Assembly (NCBI GenBank): GCA_017521105.1
Contig: JAFXDY010000175.1
Location: forward strand, 562-64,561
Direction of reading: 5' to 3'
Source: Treponema sp.
GTDB lineage: Bacteria; Spirochaetota; Spirochaetia; Treponematales; Treponemataceae
Length of the DNA stretch: 64,000 nt
Shown: piece by piece, positions 50,058 to 59,056 of the stretch
Position numbering within the stretch: the stretch's first letter is position 1
How the letters are laid out: each line of letters opens with the position of its first letter
Position numbers and translations under genes: made by a program
The notes under the pieces: model-generated
Told to the model about the DNA's origin: nothing
The model's database searches: none
Seen by the model: the letters and a program-made list of their open reading frames with translations, nothing else

Positions 50058-50130
50058 GGGGATATAGCTCAGTTGGTAGAGCACACGGCTCATATCCGTG
50101 CGGTCATAGGTCCGAGTCCTATTGTCCCTA
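50058..50130 (+). tRNA. tRNA with CAT anticodon (probably tRNA-Ile2, lysidine; otherwise elongator Met); CCA not encoded
   Basis: Cloverleaf GGGGATA/TGTCCCT, D-arm GCTC/GAGC, anticodon arm CACGG-CTCATAT-CCGTG, T-arm ATAGG-TCCGAGT-CCTAT. Confidence 0.93.
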
Positions 50131-50131
50131 T

Positions 50132-50167
50132 AAAAGGAACTTCTTATAAAGGAGTTCCTTTTTTTTT
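50132..50167 (+). terminator. Intrinsic terminator after the tRNA
   Basis: AAAAGGAACTTC..GGAGTTCCTTTTTTTTT. Confidence 0.8.
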
Positions 50168-50180
50168 GCGTAAAACCTGA

Positions 50181-50203
50181 CCTGAGCCACTTGTGGCGAA
50201 TGG
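50181..50203. repeat. Short REP-like palindrome
   Basis: TGA-GCCAC-TT-GTGGC-GAA, the same GA-GC..GC-GAA framing as at 28744-28804. Confidence 0.5.
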
Positions 50204-50207
50204 GCTA

Positions 50208-50981
50208 TTATCTTAATGATGCTTTTGGGATAAAAGTTTTTGCAAAATCAACTAAATCGTTAATTTCTGAATCTGTGTATGGGCTAATTTCGTTGTATGA
50301 TTTGTCAATGCAGGTTCCCGGTTGAAATTGTGCAAATTGCCATGAGGCATCTTTTGGAAGCATTTTTCCTATAATTTCAATTTCTTCTTTTGAAACTAAA
50401 GGTGGAACTAAAACCGTTCGCCATTCTCTACAATCTTCTGCATAATTTGAAACTATTTTTATTGATTGGGATAAAACTTGTTCAAAATATTCTGTGTTGT
50501 TATAAAATTTAGAAACTTTGTTGCATAATAACGAAGCGTATTTTGCTGGGGAAGATTTTATATCCATGGCAATAAAATCTGGGCGTAATTCTTTGTTTTC
50601 TACAAAATAAGATAATTCTTGTGGCAAAGTTCCGTTTGTATCTAATTTTACTTTGTAATCTAATTCTTTTGCTTTTTTGATAATTAAAGGCGTGTAGGGG
50701 TTTATTAAAGGTTCGCCACCACTAATTACTAAACCAGATAAAATTCCTTGGCGTTTTTCAAGATGATCAAATAATTCTTGAATTGTGTTTAGTTTTGATT
50801 GAGACTCTTCTGTATTTTGATTTTGGGCGGTTGTTTTTATTACTAAATCTGTGTTGTAGCAATAGGGACAACGTAAATTGCAGCCTCGTAAAAAAAATGA
50901 ACCTGCAATCCGTCCTGGAAAATCAACTCCTGTTGTTTTTACCAGGACGCCGGCAGGTTCATTTAATGGTAAAGTGTTCAT
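50208..50981 (-). CDS. nrdG: Anaerobic RNR glycyl-radical activating enzyme (radical SAM)
   Basis: DFPG, GCNLRCPYCYN, VISGGEP, KLDTNGT, AMDIK, RTVLVP. Confidence 0.92.
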   Translation of the reverse strand: MNTLPLNEPAGVLVKTTGVDFPGRIAGSFFLRGCNLRCPYCYNTDLVIKTTAQNQNTEESQSKLNTIQELFDHLEKRQGILSGLVISGGEPLINPYTPLIIKKAKELDYKVKLDTNGTLPQELSYFVENKELRPDFIAMDIKSSPAKYASLLCNKVSKFYNNTEYFEQVLSQSIKIVSNYAEDCREWRTVLVPPLVSKEEIEIIGKMLPKDASWQFAQFQPGTCIDKSYNEISPYTDSEINDLVDFAKTFIPKASLR

Positions 50982-51002
50982 TTATACTAAATTTAACAAC
51001 TT

Positions 51003-51536
51003 TTATGATAAAACTGGAACTTTGTTGAATACAGCTTCAAGTTCTTCAACGTTGTGGCATCTTGCTGTTTCAATTCCTTCTTTGTTGTAGAAAATTACAG
51101 TAGGAGATGCAAAAATACCTTTTTTTGCTGCTTCTGCAAGACCTTCTTCTGTATCTACGTCAATTGCACGTCCTGGCATTTCCAAGTTTGACATAAAGTC
51201 TTTTACTGGAGGACAGTTTGGACATGTTTTGCGTGTGTAAAGTTCGTAAGTTACACTATTTGAATCTGCAATAACTTCTACAGTTTTTACTTCTTCTTTT
51301 TTTTCTGCATTGTTTTTAATGCTTGCGATTGTTGTATCAAAGTCTTTTGTTTCTTCTAAAGAAAACAATTTTCTTTGATCAAATTCGTCGCGTTTTCCTC
51401 TATTCCAGTGTTTTACTGCTCTGTAGTAACCTACAATACGAGCATAAACTTCTGTTTCTGTTCCATGAACATCATTTAATGCAGCTTTTGTTTCTGCAAT
51501 TTCTTGTTCAATTTGTTCAAGTGTTCTCATTTCCAT
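51003..51536 (-). CDS. Stand-alone NrdD glycyl-radical domain fused to a glutaredoxin/NrdH-like CxxC domain
   Basis: TEVYARIVGYYRAVKHWNRGKRDEFDQRK; YTRKTCPNCPPVK..ASPTVIF; GGGAGG SD. Confidence 0.88.
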   Translation of the reverse strand: MEMRTLEQIEQEIAETKAALNDVHGTETEVYARIVGYYRAVKHWNRGKRDEFDQRKLFSLEETKDFDTTIASIKNNAEKKEEVKTVEVIADSNSVTYELYTRKTCPNCPPVKDFMSNLEMPGRAIDVDTEEGLAEAAKKGIFASPTVIFYNKEGIETARCHNVEELEAVFNKVPVLS

Positions 51537-51595
51537 TTTTATCCTCCCTATTTATTGTAATTTGTAATGATTACAAAGTTGTATTTATTCCACCT

Positions 51596-51630
51596 ACACT
51601 AAATATAGTGTAGGTTTTTTGGATTGTCAA
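51596..51630 (-). promoter_or_regulatory. NrdR box overlapping an internal sigma70 promoter
   Basis: ACACTAAATATAGTGT (51596-51611); minus strand TTGACA-N17-TATATT (51630-51602). Confidence 0.85.
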
Positions 51631-51677
51631 TAGTTTTGACACTATTATTATCTGAATTTAGCAACAAATTCTTGAAT

Positions 51678-53798
51678 TTATTTTTTGCTTTCTGAAAGAA
51701 TTTTTTCTTTTTCTTCTTCCAAAGCTTTTAGTTTTGCTTTTAGTTCTTTTTCTTTTTCTGCCTTACATTTTGGACATTCAAACTGTTGTCCAGAAATGTA
51801 TCCGTGGATTTTACAGATAGAATAAGTTGGCGAAACTGTAAAGAACGGAATTCTATATTTATGAGAAATTGTTCTAACTAAGTCTGCACAAGCTTTCCAA
51901 TCTTTTAGAGCTTCTCCCATATATACGTGGAACATTGTTCCTCCTGTATACTTTGTTTGAAGTGATTCTTGGTGATCCAATGCTTCCAAAACATCAGCTG
52001 TGTAATCAACTGGAAGTTGTGAAGAGTTTGTATAGAATGGTTCTGTAGTTCCACTTGTAATAATGTTAGGGAACTGTTCTTTATCGTGTTTTGCAAGACG
52101 ATATGATGTAGATTCTGCAGGAGTTGCTTCAAGGTTGAATAAATCGCCTGTTTCTTCCTGATAATCTTGCATTCTTTCTCTCATGTGTTGAAGTACATTT
52201 TCTGCAAATGTTTTTCCTTTTGGTGTAGAAATATCATATTCTTTTCCAAGGAAGTTTTGACAACATTCGTTCATTCCACACAAACCAATTGTATTAAAGT
52301 GGTTTGTTAATGTTTTTAAGTAACGTCTTGTATATGGGAAAAGTCCACCATCATAAAGTTTTTGAATTACTTTACGTTTTGTACAAAGACTTTCTTTTGC
52401 TAAATCCATAAGATAATCAAGGCGTTTGTAGAATTCTTCTTCTGAATTTGCTAGGTAACCAATTTGTGGTAAGTTGATTGTCACAACACCAATTGAACCT
52501 GTAAATTCGTCTGCACCGAACAAACCACCACCACGACGACGCAATTCGCGTTTGTCTAATTGTAAACGACAACACATAGAACGAACATCAGAAGGATTTA
52601 AATCTGAATTAACAAAGTTTTGGAAGTTTGGAGTTCCGTATTGAGCTGTCATTGTGAATAACAATTTTGCGTTTTCGCTTTCCCAGTCAAAATCTTTTGT
52701 GATGTTATAAGTTGGAATAGGGTAGGCAAAACCACGTCCGTCTGCATCACCTTCAATCATAAGTTCAATGAATACTTTGTTAATGATATCCATTTCTTTT
52801 TGACAATCGCCATAAGTGTAATCTTGTTCTTTTCCACCAACGATTGCTTTTTTGTTTTTTAAGTCATCAGGACAAACTAAGTCCATTGTGATATTTGTAA
52901 ATGGTGCTTGGCTTCCCCAACGGCTTGGTGTATTTACACCGTAAATGTAACTTTGAATACATTGACGAACTTGTTTTTCTGATAATTTATCTGCTCTTAC
53001 AAAAGGAGCTAAATATGTGTCGAATGAAGAGAATGCTTGAGCTCCTGCCCATTCGTTTTGCATAATGCCCAAGAAGTTTACAATTTGGTTTACCAATGTT
53101 GTAAGGTGAGTTGCTGGTGTAGAAGTAATTTTATCTGGAACTCCACCCAAACCTTCTTGAATTAATTGTCTTAAAGACCATCCTGCACAGTATCCAGAGA
53201 ACATAGAAAGGTCATGAATATGGAATGCTGCTGTTTTATGAGCTTCTGCAACTTCTTTTGAATAAATGTTATTTAACCAATAGTTAGCAGTGATTGTTCC
53301 TGAGTTGTGAAGAATTAATCCTCCAAGGGAGAAGTTTACGTTTGCATTTTCGTTTACGCGCCAGTCGCTTTGTCCAAGGTATCCATCCATTGTTTTGTTA
53401 ATGTCTACCATAAGTTTTTTTGCATCGCGAACAGCTTCGTGTTGGGCTCTGTAAAGAATGTAAGCTTTTGCTACTTCAACTTGTTTTTCTTCAATAAGAA
53501 CACTTTCTACAATATCTTGAATTTCTTCAATGGCTGGAATTGAGTGTGCTCTTGTTCCCGCTAGTTGAAGTCTTAATTTTTCTTCAACTTTGTCTGTTAA
53601 TGCAGCAGCTCTGTTTGGATCTTTTTGTTTTTCAACTGCCTCAATTGCTTTTTCAATAGCTTTTTCGATTTTTGTTCTGTCGTAAGCAGCTATCTCCCCA
53701 GAACGTTTTACAACTGATTTTAAAAATCCGTTAGTTTCGCTGTCTGAACTAGATCCTAAAAAGTTTCTCCATTCTGGAAAAAAAGATTGATCGCTCAT
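51678..53798 (-). CDS. nrdD: Class III (anaerobic) ribonucleoside-triphosphate reductase lacking the glycyl-radical C-terminus
   Basis: ATP cone VVKRSG, HIHDL, GYCAGW, SMCCRL, ATPAES, YTGGT, CKIHG..CPKC, then a Lys/Glu tail. Confidence 0.93.
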   Translation of the reverse strand: MSDQSFFPEWRNFLGSSSDSETNGFLKSVVKRSGEIAAYDRTKIEKAIEKAIEAVEKQKDPNRAAALTDKVEEKLRLQLAGTRAHSIPAIEEIQDIVESVLIEEKQVEVAKAYILYRAQHEAVRDAKKLMVDINKTMDGYLGQSDWRVNENANVNFSLGGLILHNSGTITANYWLNNIYSKEVAEAHKTAAFHIHDLSMFSGYCAGWSLRQLIQEGLGGVPDKITSTPATHLTTLVNQIVNFLGIMQNEWAGAQAFSSFDTYLAPFVRADKLSEKQVRQCIQSYIYGVNTPSRWGSQAPFTNITMDLVCPDDLKNKKAIVGGKEQDYTYGDCQKEMDIINKVFIELMIEGDADGRGFAYPIPTYNITKDFDWESENAKLLFTMTAQYGTPNFQNFVNSDLNPSDVRSMCCRLQLDKRELRRRGGGLFGADEFTGSIGVVTINLPQIGYLANSEEEFYKRLDYLMDLAKESLCTKRKVIQKLYDGGLFPYTRRYLKTLTNHFNTIGLCGMNECCQNFLGKEYDISTPKGKTFAENVLQHMRERMQDYQEETGDLFNLEATPAESTSYRLAKHDKEQFPNIITSGTTEPFYTNSSQLPVDYTADVLEALDHQESLQTKYTGGTMFHVYMGEALKDWKACADLVRTISHKYRIPFFTVSPTYSICKIHGYISGQQFECPKCKAEKEKELKAKLKALEEEKEKILSESKK

Positions 53799-54265
53799 TT
53801 TTGATTTCCCCTCTTTTCTATTTTTTTTACTTCTTCAATAAATTCTTCTAAATTTTCAAAGTTTCTGTAAACCGAAGCAAATCGGATGTAAGATACTTTG
53901 TCTATTGTATAAAGTTTTTCTAATACAAGTTCCCCCAAATCTGACGTGGAAATTTCCCTTGTTTCTTTTCCTTTGATAATTGCAAGGTCTTCTATGTCGT
54001 TTGCAATTTGTTCAACCATTGCTGTTGAAACTGGACGTTTTTCTAAAGCTCGTTCAATTCCTTTATCAAGTTTTGTTCTGTCAAAAGGCTGTCGTCTTCC
54101 GTCTCTTTTTACAACCATAAATGGTTTTTCATCAATTCTTTCGTAACTTGTAAAACGATGCCCGCAAGCTAAGCATTCACGTCTACGACGTATGCTTTCA
54201 CCGTTTGCCATAGTTCTTGATTCAAGAACTTTATCATCAAGATTTCCACATGATGGACAACGCAT
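53795..54265 (-). CDS. nrdR: Transcriptional repressor NrdR
   Basis: MRCPSC, IRRRRECLAC, RFTSYE, VVKRDG, YIRFASVY; stop overlaps the nrdD start (ATGA). Confidence 0.97.
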   Translation of the reverse strand: MRCPSCGNLDDKVLESRTMANGESIRRRRECLACGHRFTSYERIDEKPFMVVKRDGRRQPFDRTKLDKGIERALEKRPVSTAMVEQIANDIEDLAIIKGKETREISTSDLGELVLEKLYTIDKVSYIRFASVYRNFENLEEFIEEVKKIEKRGNQK

Positions 54266-54282
54266 AATTACCTCTAAGATGT

Positions 54283-54341
54283 GTGTTATATATAGTGTAC
54301 CAAGTTAGTATAAATATATAATACAACACTAAATGTAAGTT
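54283..54341 (-). promoter_or_regulatory. Tandem NrdR boxes upstream of nrdR-nrdD
   Basis: GTGTTATATATAGTGT (54283-54298) and ACACTAAATGTAAGTT (54326-54341). Confidence 0.7.
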
Positions 54342-54444
54342 CTACAAGTGAATTTTCTTAAAAAAAGTGTGAATTTTGTTAACTATTTTTCTTGACAAAA
54401 AAAAATTTTATGCTTGTTTTTAAAAATATAGAATTATACCTTGA

Positions 54445-56250
54445 CTATTTTTTATTTTTAGAATTTCTTTTTTTTGATTTTTTCTTTAGTGATCTGTAAC
54501 TTGGAATGTAATCTGAAAAAGTAAATGTTTTGTACATATAAAAAGCGTATGCTAGTACTAATAGTATACAAGTATAAGGGAACCAATTTCCAAATTTTGC
54601 GTAAGTTGTCATTTTTCTTTGATAAATTGGAACATCAAAACTTGTGGCACAAGCTTCAAATAGAGGTTGATCAGCAATGATTTTTCCTTGTGGATTTACA
54701 ACAACTGAATATCCAGAATTACTTGAACGAACTAATGTTGTTCTGTATTCAATGGCTCTATATGAAGCTATTACAAAGTGTTGATATTCGCTAGATTTTG
54801 TTTTTGACCAAGAATCATCTGTTATATTTACAAATAATTCTGCTCCATTTAAAAACATTGGTCTTATTACGTCTGTAAAAGCATCATCAAAACAAATTGG
54901 AGTGGAAATTCTTACAGTTGGTTCTTTTGTTTCTAGTTGTTTTTGCTTATTATAGGAAATTGATAAATCAATATATTTTGTTGCAGGTAAAATGCGAGTA
55001 TTTGACCATTTGCATGGAATATCAAAGAAAACATATTGGTCACCAGGAACCCATCCTGCAGAAATTCCAAGAAAATTTGTTAAAAATTCTAATGCAGCTG
55101 GATATTCTCTAAAAGGTAAAGATTCAGCAAATGGAACTAGGTGATTTTTTCCATAATAGCCTCTAAAGTTTCCATTTTTATCAAATACAAATGCACTATT
55201 ACAATATTCTAAGGGGTCTTCATTTTTTTTGTAACTTCCCCCAACAAGTAATGGAGTTTTTATTTCTTTAATAAATGGAATAAGTGGTGCTTCGTATGGA
55301 AAGTTTTTATAATATGAATAATTGCCTGGAAATGAATATCGTAGAACACCTTCGCTCCAAACTACTAAATTTGCCTTATCATTTTTTTCATCAAGTTTTT
55401 TAATTTGTTCTTTTGTAAGTTCTTCTGAACGAATTATGGAATCTGTGTCTGAGTCTTCTTCCCAAGGATTGCTATTTTGTTGAACCATTATTGTTGTTAG
55501 AATTTTTTGTGGTTCAATTGTTTTGTTGTACTGATATGTTCCATATATAAAAATCAAAATTAATAATGCTGAAAAAGTTTTTATTAAATATGATAAATAT
55601 GAGTTGCTTGTAGTTTTTTTGTATAATTTTTTGTTTTGTAGTTTTAATAATGATTCTGCAAAAATACAGTTAAATAGAACTATTATAAATGTTATTCCGT
55701 ATGTTCCTGTAATTGCTGCTGTTTGTCTTAAGATATCCAATCTAAATACAGCACTAGAAACTGTTCCCCATGGGTAACCTAAAAAGCCTGATGATTTTAT
55801 CCATTCGTATATTGTGTAACATGTTGCAAAATATAAGATTTTGAAAGATGAACTTTGGACAAATTTTAAATTATAAGATTCTTCGTTTAATTGATTATGA
55901 CTTTTTGATGTTGAAAAAGGAATGTAAAAGAAAAGTCCAACACCACCGCCAATTACAGCTGTTCCAAGTGCCGACGCTCCTAAAGTAAAAACTGCAAAAT
56001 CTTTAAAAAATGCAAGCCAAAAACTTGATAAAAGATGTGTTGTAATTGTTTGAATGAAGAAAATTAAAAAAGCTCGTTTGTAACTATTTATTTTTGTAAG
56101 TGTTAAATATAGTGGAACTAATGAAATTAAAGTAAAAATAGGTTGTCCTAGATTGTAAATTTCATTAGGAATTGCAAGTGAAAGTAATATGCCTGAAAAA
56201 ACTGATAAAAAAACTTGTAAAATCAAATCCATTATATTAAAATTATACAT
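54445..56250 (-). CDS. lnt: Apolipoprotein N-acyltransferase
   Basis: Multiple TMs, GYPW, VWSEG, KNHLVPFAE, ICFDD, RAIEYR..NSGYS. Confidence 0.93.
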   Translation of the reverse strand: MYNFNIMDLILQVFLSVFSGILLSLAIPNEIYNLGQPIFTLISLVPLYLTLTKINSYKRAFLIFFIQTITTHLLSSFWLAFFKDFAVFTLGASALGTAVIGGGVGLFFYIPFSTSKSHNQLNEESYNLKFVQSSSFKILYFATCYTIYEWIKSSGFLGYPWGTVSSAVFRLDILRQTAAITGTYGITFIIVLFNCIFAESLLKLQNKKLYKKTTSNSYLSYLIKTFSALLILIFIYGTYQYNKTIEPQKILTTIMVQQNSNPWEEDSDTDSIIRSEELTKEQIKKLDEKNDKANLVVWSEGVLRYSFPGNYSYYKNFPYEAPLIPFIKEIKTPLLVGGSYKKNEDPLEYCNSAFVFDKNGNFRGYYGKNHLVPFAESLPFREYPAALEFLTNFLGISAGWVPGDQYVFFDIPCKWSNTRILPATKYIDLSISYNKQKQLETKEPTVRISTPICFDDAFTDVIRPMFLNGAELFVNITDDSWSKTKSSEYQHFVIASYRAIEYRTTLVRSSNSGYSVVVNPQGKIIADQPLFEACATSFDVPIYQRKMTTYAKFGNWFPYTCILLVLAYAFYMYKTFTFSDYIPSYRSLKKKSKKRNSKNKK

Positions 56251-56309
56251 ATTTAATACATTGTTGAAAAGTTAAAAAATCAAATTTTCAGGGTAGAGGG
56301 GGCTAATTT

Positions 56310-57488
56310 ATGAAAGCATTGAATGATGCGCACAAATTAGAATATGAGGTATTGCCTGAAGTTGTAGCTAAAGCACCAGGAAGAATTCATTTTGCTGGTG
56401 AACATTCTTGGTTTTATAAAGATAAAACCATTTCAATGGCAATAAATTTACTTGTTCATGTTGGTGTTTCAAAGCGGGATGATGGTGTTGTAAAAATTTA
56501 TTTTCACCAACTTGATGATAGAAAAAAATCAAATCTTAGTTCAATCAAATACAAAAAAGAAGATAAGTGGGCAAATCCAATAAAATCTGTTCTTTATGGT
56601 TTTACTTCTGGTGGCTATACTTTGTCTGGTATGGATATTTCAGTTTATTCAGATATTATGCCATCTGCTGGTTTTGGCATTACATCTGCAATGAAGGCTG
56701 CAACTGCAATTGCTGTTAGAAAATTATATGATTTAAATTGTTCAGATTCCCAACTTTTACAAGTTTTGGAACGTGGAAACAGATTATTTATGAAAAAACA
56801 AAATTATCTTTCTGATAATTTTGCAGCTTTATTTTCAAAAAAAGGCAATTTAATTCTTACAGATTATGCAAAAAATACTTGGGATTATGTTCCTTTTAAT
56901 TTTGACAATAGAAAAATTATTTTAACCGATACAACTGTTCCAAGAGTTTCTGTTTGGGATGAAGAATTATTATTTGATCCAAAATATGCTTTATTACTTG
57001 GTGAATTAAAAGACAAAAAGAATAATGTTTATGGTGGTTGGAGTTATATAAACAACAGTGCCGATATTGAAGAAATTTTGTCTGTATTATCAAAAGACGA
57101 ACAACGTAAATTAGTGGCAATTATTAGAGAACACGGGGATGTTCTTGATATTCGTGAAGGTGTGGAAAAAGGAGACTTCTTTAAGTTTGCAAGGGCTATA
57201 AATCATAGTCACGAAACTATTAGAGAATTCTTTGATCTTTCTTGTCCAGAAATTGAATGGATTGTAAAACGAATTAATGAACTTGAACCTAATCTTGAGC
57301 ATTTAAGAAATCCTGTTACTTGTGGAAGATTAACTGGTAAAGGATACGGTCGTTGCATTTATTCAATTATGCGTGATATTGATGTTGAAAATTATAAACA
57401 AAAATTGTTAGAATTTGAAAAAATTTTTGGTTTTCATCCTGTTACTTTTGAAGTTGAATGTGAAGATGGTGCAAGAATTGTAGTTTAA
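56310..57488 (+). CDS. Galactokinase-like GHMP family protein (divergent)
   Basis: APGRIHFAGEH, PSAGFG, SH..LSCPE, RLTGKGYG. Confidence 0.8.
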   Translation: MKALNDAHKLEYEVLPEVVAKAPGRIHFAGEHSWFYKDKTISMAINLLVHVGVSKRDDGVVKIYFHQLDDRKKSNLSSIKYKKEDKWANPIKSVLYGFTSGGYTLSGMDISVYSDIMPSAGFGITSAMKAATAIAVRKLYDLNCSDSQLLQVLERGNRLFMKKQNYLSDNFAALFSKKGNLILTDYAKNTWDYVPFNFDNRKIILTDTTVPRVSVWDEELLFDPKYALLLGELKDKKNNVYGGWSYINNSADIEEILSVLSKDEQRKLVAIIREHGDVLDIREGVEKGDFFKFARAINHSHETIREFFDLSCPEIEWIVKRINELEPNLEHLRNPVTCGRLTGKGYGRCIYSIMRDIDVENYKQKLLEFEKIFGFHPVTFEVECEDGARIVV

Positions 57489-57526
57489 TTTATTTTGCTT
57501 ACTTTGAATTTAAGGAAAACTTTTTC

Positions 57527-58309
57527 ATGAATGTTTTAATAACTAATGATGATGGATATGAAGCTGAAGGTATTAATGTTATTGCAAAAGAACTTTCTGC
57601 TGCGGGGCATAAAGTTTATATTCTAGCTCCATTATCAAATAGATCTGCTGTTTCTCACTGTATTTCCATGCATAATCATTTGGAATTAAAAAAAATTGAT
57701 GATAATGTTTGGGCTTCTTCTGGTTATCCAGCAGATTGTGTTATTACTGCCATTACAAGTAATGTTTTTGAAAATGTAAAATTTGATCTTGTTATTTCGG
57801 GAATAAATAGAGGCCCTAATGTTGGAACTGATATTATTTATTCTGGAACCTGTGCTGGTGCAAGACAAGGAGCATTGTTAAATATTCCATCCATAGCTTT
57901 GAGTGTAAATTCTGAAGATGGAAAATTTTGTGCAACTTCCATTTTTGATTATAAATCTTTGGCTTTATTTGTAAAAAACAATATTGAAAAATTAATTGAA
58001 ATTGTTACAAAATCAGAAAAAAAAGTATTTTTAAATGTTAATGCACCTTCTGTAAAAGTATTTAAAGGTGTAAAACTTTGTAATTTGCTTTGTAAAAGAT
58101 ATTACAATGATTACATAGATGTTGTTCCAACAGAAAATAATAATGTGTTTAAATCACAATTTGTTATGGGAAACGGTACTACAGATACTTCTTTTGAAGA
58201 AGATTTGGGGGCTATTAACGAAGGATATATTGCAATTTCAACCATTCTTGTTGAACCAATTGCTTCTAACCCTTCAGAAATACTAGACTGTAATTCCTTT
58301 TCGGTGTAA
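57527..58309 (+). CDS. surE: 5'/3'-nucleotidase SurE
   Basis: LITNDDG, GYPADCV, SGINRGPNVG..YSGT. Confidence 0.95.
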   Translation: MNVLITNDDGYEAEGINVIAKELSAAGHKVYILAPLSNRSAVSHCISMHNHLELKKIDDNVWASSGYPADCVITAITSNVFENVKFDLVISGINRGPNVGTDIIYSGTCAGARQGALLNIPSIALSVNSEDGKFCATSIFDYKSLALFVKNNIEKLIEIVTKSEKKVFLNVNAPSVKVFKGVKLCNLLCKRYYNDYIDVVPTENNNVFKSQFVMGNGTTDTSFEEDLGAINEGYIAISTILVEPIASNPSEILDCNSFSV

Positions 58310-58357
58310 AATATATTAGTTATTCTTTTGGGGAAAGGAATAATAATAGGATAAATT

Positions 58358-59047
58358 ATGGGTGGGATAATTCAAGATAATATTTTACAAACTGGTAAAG
58401 ACCTTTATTCTCAAAAAGCATATTCTGATGCATTAGCTTTTTTCTTATCACTACCTTCAGAATCAGTTATTGATAAAGTTGAAGTTTCGTATTACTTAGG
58501 GCTTTGTTATACAAAACTTAAAAAATATGATGATGCTTTGCTTTTTCTTGAACAAGTTGTTACTTCTGGAACTCATTTAGAGCGTGTTCTCCAATGTAGA
58601 TTTCTTTTGGCAATAATTTACGCTTTATCTGGTAGAAAACGACTTGCCGACTTTGAATTAAACAAATTGCTTGAAACTGGATATATGACATCATCTGTAT
58701 ATGCTGCAATTGCTTTTGTTGCATGGGAACAAAATGATACAGAAAAGTGCCTTGCATATTACGAAAAATCATTAGAAACAGACTCCGAAAATATTACATC
58801 ATTAAATGGTTTAGGCTATGTGTTAGCATGTGAAGAAAAAGATCTTACAAAAGCTCTTACTTTATGTAAAAAAGCTGTAAAATCTGCTCCAAAATCTGCT
58901 GCTTGTTTAGATTCTTTGGGATGGGTTTATTACAAACTTGGTCTATATGATGATGCAAGACAATATTTGGAACAAGCAGAAATGTTAGACAAAGACAATG
59001 TTGAAATTGCCAGACATATAAAAGCTCTTGAAAAGGTAAAAAAATAG
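58358..59047 (+). CDS. TPR protein
   Basis: YYLGLCY, LNGLGYVL, LDSLGWVYYKLG TPR repeats. Confidence 0.88.
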   Translation: MGGIIQDNILQTGKDLYSQKAYSDALAFFLSLPSESVIDKVEVSYYLGLCYTKLKKYDDALLFLEQVVTSGTHLERVLQCRFLLAIIYALSGRKRLADFELNKLLETGYMTSSVYAAIAFVAWEQNDTEKCLAYYEKSLETDSENITSLNGLGYVLACEEKDLTKALTLCKKAVKSAPKSAACLDSLGWVYYKLGLYDDARQYLEQAEMLDKDNVEIARHIKALEKVKK

Positions 59048-59056
59048 GTTTGCTAA

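Noticed and set aside
50058-50207. tRNA as an integration site for an island
   Set aside because: No integrase, no duplicated tRNA 3' end and no evident compositional shift; flanks are housekeeping genes
51537-51677. nrdD split as a frameshift or pseudogene
   Set aside because: The 141-bp gap contains a promoter, an NrdR box and a strong SD, and both ORFs carry extra terminal helices, which is not the pattern of a point lesion
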